Source of the DNA: Octopus bimaculoides
Lineage: Eukaryota
Length of the DNA stretch: 63,482 nt
Direction of reading: 5' to 3'
NCBI RefSeq assembly: GCF_001194135.2
Contig: NC_068982.1
Span: 96,000,386 to 96,063,867 of the forward strand
The translations under genes and the position numbers were made by a program. The notes beneath the pieces are model-generated. The model made no database searches. It saw nothing but the letters and a program-made list of their open reading frames with translations, and was not told where the DNA came from. Shown here in pieces: positions 49,601-60,900 of the stretch; the stretch's first letter is position 1; each line of letters begins with the position of its first letter.

Positions 49601-52600
49601 CACCTCCACTCAAATTTCGTGTCTATATTAGAAACATTAACCCTTTCATTACTGTATTTATTTTGAGATGCTCTGTGTTTCTTTCAATTACTTTAAATAT
49701 AACAAAGAATTTAGTAAAATAACTTAGTTATCATTTAGCTAGTGTTAGGAACATAAATTGTGACTAAGGTTTGGTGAAAGATTTTAATTCAAAACTTATG
49801 AAAACAAGACATTTGTACTCAAAGCCAGAGTTGGTTTCAGATGGTTGACTGGCAGAATCATTAGCACATCAGAAAAAGAACTTTCCATATTTATTCCAGT
49901 TCTCTTTGTTCTGAGTTCTAATCCTACCGAAGTCAATTTTGCCTTTCTTTCATTAAAATAAATAACCAGTCAAGTACCAGAGTCAATATAATCAACTATT
50001 CACCTCCCACAAATTTCACGTTTTGTTCCTAAGTTAGAAACAATGATTAAATATCAATTCCAAATTTTGGCAAAAGGCCTGCAATTTTGGGGTAGGTGGT
50101 TAAGTTGATTACATTGACCCCAGTACTCAATTGATACTTACTTTATCAACCCCAAAAGGATGAAAGGCAAAGATGACCTTAATGGAGTTCAAACTTGGAG
50201 CATAATGATGGATGAAATGCCACTAAGCATTTTGCCCAGTGTGCTAATGATTCTGCCAGCTCACTGCCTTAAACAGTGATTAAGTATTAAGAAGCAGTAA
50301 TCTCCAATGTTTCATGCTACATAGCAATGGCACTAGTCACACACATCAATCTTAGCTATTCATAGTAGCAGACGAGGTCTGTAATCATTAGATATGGGTA
50401 AATCATGCTCCTCTTCAGAATATAAAAATTATCACAGCACAAAGGATAGTGATTGACATGAATAGTTTGGATCCAAATTTTGCTAGGATTGGTTTTCTTG
50501 AGTAGATAAAATAAATACCAGTCAAATACTGAGCTCAACTATTGACTACATCCCACCCGCCAACAATTGTGGCCTTGTGCCAATGAAAGGAATTATTGTT
50601 ATGGCACATAGCTGTAAAATTAAAGTACTGCACTGCTAATCACATGGTCATGATTTCAAACCATACAAAAGCTATTGTAATGACTTGAAACAAAGCCTAC
50701 AACTATTTATCTCTTTATGACTAACAACAGATTACACTACTAGAAAATTCATTTACAGTTTTTCTGCTACATGTACATTTACAAATATAGTAAACTAATA
50801 TACAAAATATGAAGTGATACATACGCATAACCTTGTGGACTGCATGCTGAGGTGATACGACTTCCTGTAATTGTCCTAAGAGAAGCTTCTGCTTCTCCAA
50901 AGTAAGCTCTGCAAAGTCATGATTCCTCAGCCAATCATTGACCACACTATTAACTTGCTCAGCACATCTTATAGCTATATCTGACGGATTTCTAGAATTA
51001 AATCATAAACAACTGAATTATTAACACAATTAAACATTTCTTTAGACTGTTTTCACAAAAATTTGTTGCTTAGAACCAAGTCCCCTCTTTCCCTTCAGGT
51101 AGTGTACCTCTGGGTCATTATCCAGTGTGTCCTTCCTTTTTATTATAGTGGGATGTTTAAGGCTGAAAGCACATGGCTTAGAAGTTAGGGTGTTGCACTC
51201 ATGATCACAAGATCATAATTTTAATTCCTAAACCAGCCATGGAAACTGTCTAAACAGCCCTTTGTGTCCTAGGACTCGAGACAGTAATGATCAAGGGTCA
51301 TCTCATAAATAATGTGGTTTTTTTATACTTCTTTTATTTTTTCAAAATTAAAATAAACAAAGTTCTTTTTTAATCTAAAATATACTCTCCTTCATTTTAT
51401 AAAATGCTCTTCTATCTATCTGGTTGATCTGCAAGGCCCTTCTTCCAAAATTCACTTGTCTGTGATGAAAAATACTGCTCCAGTACTGTTCTGACCTTGT
51501 CTACAGAATTCATATTTTTTCCATCCAAATGATTTTGAAGACTGCGGAATAAATGATAATCAGATGGGCAATATCTGGCGAATATGGTGTGTGGGGCATC
51601 ATTTCCCATTACAAACTGCTCCAGCCTTTGAGATGTCATCCTCACTGTATGTGGCCGAGCATAATCCTCATGGAAGAACATCGTTCGTCTTGAAACCAAA
51701 GATGGTCATTTTTCTGCTAGCACTAACTTAAGCCACTCAAGCTGCTCACAGTAGATCTCCTTTGTTATCGTTTGGTTTGAGTTTAAAAGTTCAAAATGGA
51801 CTAAACCTTTCATATCCCACCAAACAGATAACAACACCTCACATAGGTAAAGACCTTCTTTAACCTGAGGTGCCAGTGTTTCTCCTTTCCCTATCCACTA
51901 TCTTCGGTGCTTGACATTTTTATAGAGAACCCATTTCTTGTCACCAGTCACTATTCGGTCCAAAAAAGGCTCATTCATGAGATGTGACAGCAAAGAAGAT
52001 ACACATTCACTCTCTGCATGTGATTAGACTTGGAAAGTTTGTGAGGAACCCATTGATCCAATTTGATGACTCTTCAGATGGCATGCATGTGTTGATGAAT
52101 GGTTGAATGACCAAACGCAAACTTCTCTGCTAGTTCCTCAACAGTTACAATGAGATTTTGTTCCACCAGGGTTTGCAGGACGTCTTCATCGAGCTCTACA
52201 GATTTTCCAGGATGAGGCTCATCTTCTAGGTTGTAGTTTCCGGCTTGAAATTTCTGGAACCACTGTTGACACTGGATTACACTTATTGTCCAATCCCCAT
52301 ATACTGCATTAATATTCCTCACACTTTCCATTGCATTGTTGCCTTTATTGAACTCATTAAAGCAAAATATGCCAAATATGCTCCTTTGTCACTTCCATTA
52401 TAGCTCTGAAAATATAACTGTTAAAATCGAACTGCACTCTTCAAAATTTGCACTGTGAATAAGGACAAGGTAAAATTACTACCTGCATTTATAGCAAATT
52501 GAAGCAGGTAGTTTATCCCATCCCACTCCAACTTTAAGTTCATGCAATTGAAAAAATCGCATTATTTATGAGATGACCCAATATTAATCTTAGCTATTGA

Positions 52601-55600
52601 TTTACATCTTTCCATTGACTGGAAACCAATTGACAAAATAGCAAAAACAATATGTGATTACTGAAGAGATACCTACTGTTCATGTTCAGAATAGGATTTT
52701 TCTAACAGAATAAAGAGACATTTTTTTAGCTGGTCTCTAAGCTCAGTTACACCAGTAATTGAAGAACCAATTGTATTATATGTCACAAGTAACATAGCAG
52801 ATATCAAGGCCAGCAGATGGAACTCTTTTTGCAGACTCCGGTATCGGCGTTCATCTAAAAACATTGTCTGAATGCAAAAATTTATTAGAAATCAATAGAA
52901 AGTCAGACAATTCAAAAACAATTACAACAGAAAGTAATGTTTACAAAATATTATCCAAATAAAATAAAGTTGTAGTTTATTTTAGGGTTGTGAATGAGAA
53001 AAGAATTTGTTTTTTTCAGCAATTTAGGTATTGATGTATGTTGAGCAGATGTATATGCAACATTATCATTTTAAAGTTCACTTTTCTATGCTTGCATGAA
53101 TCAGTTGAAATTTGTTGAGGCAGATTTTCTACAGCTGGATGTTCTTCCTGTCACCAACCCTCACCTGTTTCCAAGCAAAGTAATATTTCCCCATGGCCTG
53201 AGATGTTTTTGCGGAAGATGTGCAACAAAAGACACCACTTGTATGACAGTAACACTCATTTACAGTTATTGTAAAACGTCAATACAAGACACAAACACAC
53301 ATACACAAACACCCATGCACACATACATATATACACACACTCATGGCAGGTTTCTTTCAATTTCTTTCAGCCAAAACCCACTCATGAGGCTGCAGAAGAC
53401 ACTTGCCCAATGTGCCATGCAGTGGCACTGAATTCAAAACCATGTGGCTAGGGAGAAATTTCTAAACCACACAGCCATGCCTGATTTATTGCATTCCTTT
53501 ACTAGTCAAAGCCACTGACTAAACATCCATATACTGCCCAATACCTCTACCTAATGAAACACAACACATTAAGTTAGCAAACTAGTCAAAGCTCCACCAG
53601 TTTCACACAAACTATTCATGGTATCATATTTGTTTCACTCCTGACCCCTCTGAAATAGCTAAGCAGACAGCTGAAACAATCTTTCTAAATTATGTCTATT
53701 CACAACCTTCATATAACCAAAGATGATAATCTCAAGTGAGAATTATACACAGCTAGGCTGCAACAATATAAGTGAACAATACAGCCTTAACACCTGGAGA
53801 AACTCACTAATATCAACCAAAAGGATAGCTTTTGTCTATTGCGGTAAGTCCTTAAAAACTATTATCTGAAAAGTGAAAGAAGTCTTGGTGTATCATACAG
53901 CCAGTGAGGTCACTCACCTCTGAAATTGCAACCTTATATACTTCAATGGAGGTGATATGGAACTTACTAGTTCCAAAGAACAGAGGCCAATGGAGCAGCA
54001 GTAGAAAGATAAAGATAAGGAATTTATACTAAGATGGTGCTGTTACTGTAACAGAGACATCTCTTAAGTTCAATATAAAGATTCTTATTTCTTATTATTG
54101 GAAGGAGAATTAAAGGCAAAATTTATCAGTAAAGACCTGCTCCCAAAGATATTAGAAAGTATAGAAAGAAAGGTTAATTTTTAATAAATATAAATTGAAA
54201 AATAAAAAAAGAAAAAGTATTATAAGAGGTACAAAACACTACAAACTAATATCGTTGAATTGTTGGCACTCCGTCGCTTACGACGTCGAGGGTTCCAGTT
54301 GAACCGATCAATGGAACAGCCTGCTCGTGAAATTAACGTGCAAGTGGCTGAGCATTCCACAGACACGTGTACCCTCAACGTAGTTCTCGGAGATATTCAG
54401 TGCAACACAGTGTGACAAGGCTGGCCCTTTGAAATACAGGTACAAGAGAAACAGGAAGAGAGAGTGAGAGAAAGTTGTGGTGAAAGAGTACAGCAGAGTT
54501 TGCCACCATCCCCTGCTGGAGCCTCGTGGAGCTTTAGGTGTTTTTGCTCAATAAACACTCACAACGCCTGGTCTTGGAATCGAAACTGTGATCCTATGAC
54601 TGCGAGTCCGCTGCCCTAACCACTGGGCCATTGCGCCTCCACACAAACTAATATACAGTAACTGTAATATATAAGCAATATTTAATAACTGTGCTCATAT
54701 GGAGCCCATGTTGTATCAATGACATTTTTAAGATTGAAGCTGTACTGTATTGAATCACCAGTAAAGTAAACTTCAGCAATAATCTGATTACAACAGACCA
54801 AATTATGCAAGAGTTGCAGTATTATATAGGGATCTCACTGAAATATTTTAAATATTGAGGAAACCAATAGGTGAGTTACAGAAAATGCTTCACTGGGTTC
54901 TGAATAAGGAGTTTTTCTGAAAAACTTCTTGATAAAGAAGATGCTGGAAGCTATCATAAATTATTTTAAGAATATAGCAGGAGTATTTCAGGAAGTGTTT
55001 CTTTGCAAAGAAGCTGATGCCAGAATGGAAGGCAAAAACAAAATATTACTTAAAGTAGCAACATAAACAATTTCAACAACAAAATTTTAATAACTAAAAA
55101 AAAAAATACCATAATGTATTTAAAATTAAATAACAATAGTCATAAATCATCAAACAAGGATTATATTTACCTCTGGGTATAGTTGTAAATCTTCCCAATT
55201 GACAAGTTCTAAATAAGCCATGTTGAGAATGTTTGTGCTGGTAGGTGGACCATCTAAACTAGGTATGAAAGTTCCAGAACATGAATTTGCTGCTGCACAT
55301 GCTCCATTGTCTTCAGAATTTAACTGAGCAAGCCGAGATAATTTATCATCGTTTCTCTGTAGCCACATTTTGGTTCTTTTTAAAAGATCATGACCATTTT
55401 CTAGTAAAAAAAAATATGAAATTATTAACAGGTTAAATACTGAAATACTGGTGCAACAACCAATAACAATTTCCCTTGAATCACCGCAAATAATTAAAAC
55501 ACTCTTATTTTACCCCTTTTTACTGGCTTCACCTATTCAGCAGTGGCCATGCTGGAACACCATATTTACAGAAATCATTTCTAAATAAAAGGGGAGAGAA

Positions 55601-57868
55601 ATGCAACAGATATTTTGAAACAGTTTTCCACGAAAGTACAACCATTCGCATTAATTAAACTTACCAATCAATGTGTGTTTTATTAGACATAAAAAACATC
55701 TATATGGAGGGGGGGGGGGAAAAGGAAGACTTCTTACCATTAGAATGTTCTATCAATTTCTTAAATTTCCTCTGTTCCAAAGAAATGTAATGATGCTGCA
55801 TATAAGGCCGGGCTTGTTTGATAGTGAAGTTAGCCAGATCTAACTTCATTAATTCAAGTGTATTCACTATCGCCCTGATATAAAGGAAACAACAGATTAA
55901 ATGAAACTCTTTGCTTATTTATAGTTCACATGTACAATACTTTCATTTTGGCTACAACAAAAATATCAGTCAAATGAAGTAATCATAGAAATACACTTGT
56001 ATATAAACTATGATGCTGCATGGTAGTAAGACATGGGGCTAAATGAAATGAACATGCTCTGCTGGATGTGTAATGTTAGTGTTCATGAATGGAGGAGTAT
56101 AAATGAGCTGAGAGAAAAATTGGGTATAAGGGAAATCAGACGCTGTGTACAAAAGAAAAGGCAGTTGGTGTCAGCATGTGTATGGAAGATGACAGCTGTA
56201 TAAAGAAATGCAGGATTCTCAGAGTTGATAGAACCTGTGACAAAGGAAGATCCAAGAAAACAGGAGATGAAATGGTGAAGATTGATCTAAGGTTGCTGTA
56301 CCTCATAGACAAGATGAAAAAAAATTGAGATGATTGGTGAGAAGACCCATCCAGCTGTGCAAACATGGTGAAATGAACTTTAAAAGAATTAAAAGTATTA
56401 AAAACCAATAATAATGATGGAGACTGGAAGGCATCTGCATTTGAGTCTCTAGCTTAGTTAAGTCTACATCTGCTATGTTCTCTACCTCTTAAAACTTCTC
56501 TCACACCAGTATCTCTCACCCTTCAACTTCTTAATCCACTGTTCTATGCTCCTGGTGCAACCAAGGATAATACACACACTCTCCCTCCCTTTACCATCAT
56601 ACTCTCCAATCATCCATTCTGTCTCTTCTGTTATTAATCTCTCTAATATTCACCTTCCCACTTTAAGCAAACAAACACATCACAGGATAGAGAAGACTCT
56701 TCTGTCTTACAGGGTATAAGGCAAACTCACTAATGGCTGATACCATGACAAAATGTACCCAGTACACTCTGTATAGTGGTTTATGAATGAGCATCGATGA
56801 TGTAGGGTGGAGGACATAACCTCTCTAATGTTGGTGCTGCAATAAAATGCATCAGATATGCAGGAAAGTGTTTGATGATAGGAAGAGCATCCATCCATAG
56901 AAAACAAGTGAAAAATGGAACATACAGGGAAATCATTTAGGAAGTGGTGTGGTAGGGGGGGGGGCAATAACTCCAAATAAGAAAGAATCAACTTAGATCA
57001 TAACTCATTCAAACCATAGCAGTGTGGTGGTGGTGGTGATGGTGTTGGTGGTGGTAGTTTTGGTAGCAGCAGCAAATTTTGGGGGGAGGGTGTTTTTTGG
57101 CAGTGAAAAGAAAGTGTTCAGTAGTAGTGAGTGGGTTAAGTTATATTTTTAAGACCACTTTTTTATGTCTACAGGTGTCAGAGAAGAGACAAAAGAAATT
57201 AAAAGTTATGATTTAACTTTATTTCATAGAGTCAAGCAGAGAAGAAATTCATTTCAGTCTATGATGGTTAGAGATATTCATTTCAGCCTACTCTATGGCA
57301 CTTAGGCAACATTGCCAGGGGATCTGGAATCTGTTCTCAACAGCTAAATGAATTGAGGCCCATAGTTTTTTTTTCAAATAGTTTAGATAAGAGAAAGAAT
57401 TAGTGCCCATGACCTTTACAGACCCTCCAAGATTCGTGAAAATGATACAGTTGATGTTCAATCTGAACATCTGTAAATGGATGTCTGCTTGCCTAGACAT
57501 GCACACATATACACAAAATGCATTTGAACTGACAGCCTGTAGGTTAGAGATCAGATTGCAAATCTACTCAGCTTTAGTGCTTCCAGTTTAACAGTATAAT
57601 CACATTTAGGTGAAATTCTACAATATTTCTAGACATAAAAGACACTTCTAGGTCAATTATTTCAGCAGAGACTGATAAATTATATAAAAGATGAGTGGTA
57701 CTGGGGGGTTGGGAACTAGATAAGAACAGTCATCTAGACTTTACTATCTAATTGTATATTTACAATATAATGTACCTGCATGCCTACACAAAACCACACA
57801 CAAAATACTCACACACACACACACACAGACACACACACACACACACACACACACCTACNNNNNNNNNN

Positions 57869-57918
<50 letters not shown>

Positions 57919-60900
57919 AGTAGGCATGAACAGATGACAGGTACACAATACACAGACAGGTAAGCAAACACAAGAAGGCAAAAATGCATACACACAGGTG
58001 AGATGAATCAAGCAAGCATGGGCATGCACACATGCTGTCTGTGGCATTCATGTACAGAGAACTATGTTTAGGTGAAACCTCACAATATTTTTATACATAG
58101 TAACTGTTTTTAGGTCAATTATTTAAGTAGGAACTGATAAATTCTATAAAAGTTGAATGCAAGAAGGAAATGAGGGGAGAATACTAATATAGACATTACT
58201 TTATAGATGTACACACACAGACTGAGGCAAGCATGAACAAACAAACAGATACACACTGACAGGCAAGAACACCTGCACAGGTAGGCATGCATGCAAACAG
58301 GTACAGAAGGGCAGCCAGGCAAGTACAGACATGAATGCATGCAGACTGGCACTTTTGCACAGTCAGGTAGGAGCAAACACAGGGAGAACAAAAGAGAGGA
58401 AGAAATGGAAGTAACAAGAGAGAGAGAGTGAGAAAAACACCAAAAGAGATTAACACATGCATACGTGCAACAAGTTTTAGTAGGTAAGGCTTGAACTCAA
58501 TAATTCATTATCTATCATTAGAATTTATAATAAATAGTTTAAGGAAACAGCAAGTGGGCTTTTATGTAGCTAGGGTAAAATCAAATAACTGGTGAGGGTC
58601 TCTTCATTTATTCATTCATTTGTTTTACATCCATTTTTCTATGCTAGCATGGGTTAGATGAATATATAATGAGGCATCGTTTTACAGCCAGATGTCCTTC
58701 CCATTGCTAACTCTTACATGTTTTGCAAGTAAAGGAGTTTTAATTCCACTCATCTTTGAAAGTATTGAGCTACCAAATGATTTGTTGAATTAGAAATAGT
58801 CAACAAATGCTACCAGCCATAGTTCAGCAATATTCATAAGTGTGAATGTTACTACACATACATATTCATACATGCAATGGGCTTTGTATAGTTTCCATCT
58901 ACAAAATCACTCATAAGGTATTGGTCAGCCTAGAAGACACTTGCCCAAGATATTTATGCAGTGAACTGAACCTGAAACAATGTGGTTGTGAAGCAAGCCT
59001 TCTTAAACACACAGACATGCCTGGCATCATCATCATCATCATCATCATCATCACCATCACCATCATCACCACCACCACCACCACCATCATCATCATCATC
59101 GTTTAATGTGTGTCAGAGTACTTACTGCTCACTGAATAGACACACTGAGGATTGCTAACACCTGTAGGTTAAAATTGCTGCTGTTGCACACATAGATATC
59201 TTAGACCACATCCAAAACAGTCATTAAACTGATTGGCAATAATTAATTTGCCAACATATTTCAATCAGACTCATACACACTGTTTCTTGCCTCTGCTTCT
59301 TCAATCCCTATTTGAATGACCACTTCTGAATTGGTTAACTTCATACCCTTCCACTGAAGCCCATACAACCAACCTGTCATATTCACTGTCATATTTCTCT
59401 TTCACTCTTACTCACTTTTGCACTAAAGACTTGAGTGGCTGTGTGGTAAGTAGCTTGCTTACCAACCACATGGTTCCAGGTTCATTCCCACTGCGTGGCA
59501 CCTTGGGCAAGTGTCTTCTACTATAGCCTCGAGCCGACCAAAGCCTTGTGAGTGGATTTGGTAGACAGAAACTGAAAGAAGCCCGTCGTATCTATCTATC
59601 TATCTATATATATATATATAGCTGAGTTTGTGAGTGTGTGTGTATGTGTGTGTATCCAATTCATACATTTACACAATTCCAAATTTCTTGAATGAAACAA
59701 TCGGAATTAATATTCTAAATACCATAACCTAGGTAACTGCGTCATTTTTTCCGTCAAAATCAATCACAGTTACCAATAAAATCCATTAAACTGCGCAAAA
59801 TAACATCCCCGCCCCCTATAAAACCTAAATTTCCTCTTTCTACGACCTTTACAAATCCTTTCAACTCCTACTTTCTCTTATGAAAGTTTACGAACGATCC
59901 AACAACAATTACAATATAAATATATTCTAGACAAACACACATACACACACAAATATTCACATTCCTCCCTTTTACACACACACACATATACTCACACAGA
60001 GTTGAAGCACTGATTCTTGTTTCACCATTGACTTTTTACCATCCCACTTCCATCAGTGGATCACCCCTTCCTTTCTCATTCATATATTGTATCTGAGAAA
60101 TACACAAGAGTTATTATAGTAGAAGATACATGATGCTCTTCTTACCACTTCCTCTCTCTCATTGCTAATACTTTCTCTCACTACTTCTCCTGACTGAATT
60201 ACTTTTTCCTCTCCTCTCCCTTCACCATTTACTCCTACTCCATGATTTTGGAGANNNNNNNNNNNNNNNNNNNNNNNNNNNNNNNNNNNNNNNNNNNNNN
60301 NNNNNNNNNNNNNNNNNNNNNNNNNNNNNNNNNNNNNNNNNNNNNNNNNNNNNNNNNNNNNNNNNNNNNNNNNNNNNNNNNNNNNNNNNNNNNNNNNNNN
60401 NNNNNNNNNNNNNNNNNNNNNNNNNNNNNNNNNNNNNNNNNNNNNNNNNNNNNNNNNNNNNNNNNNNNNNNNNNNNNNNNNNNNNNNNNNNNNNNNNNNN
60501 NNNNNNNNNNNNNNNNNNNNNNNNNNNNNNNNNNNNNNNNNNNNNNNNNNNNNNNNNNNNNNNNNNNNNNNNNNNNNNNNNNNNNNNNNNNNNNNNNNNN
60601 NNNNNNNNNNNNNNNNNNNNNNNNNNNNNNNNNNNNNNNNNNNNNNNNNNNNNNNNNNNNNNNNNNNNNNNNNNNNNNNNNNNNNNNNNNNNNNNNNNNN
60701 NNNNNNNNNNNNNNNNNNNNNNNNNNNNNNNNNNNNNNNNNNNNNNNNNNNNNNNNNNNNNNNNNNNNNNNNNNNNNNNNNNTCAAGGGGCTAGCAGAAA
60801 TCCGTCCGGAGGACGGTCTTTCTGCTAGTATATGTATATGTATGTGTATGCATGTGTGTGTATATGTTTGTGTGTCTGTGTTTGTCCCCCCCAGCATCGC

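Noticed and set aside
57784-59106. Cys/Val-rich, poly-Met and poly-Ile ORFs
   Set aside because: Translations of (CA)n-derived and (CAT)n microsatellites.
60242-60253. ATGATTTTGGAG identical to the first 12 nt of the TCP11-like exon at 63042 (opposite strand)
   Set aside because: Identity stops at the next base and the gap follows; most likely chance.
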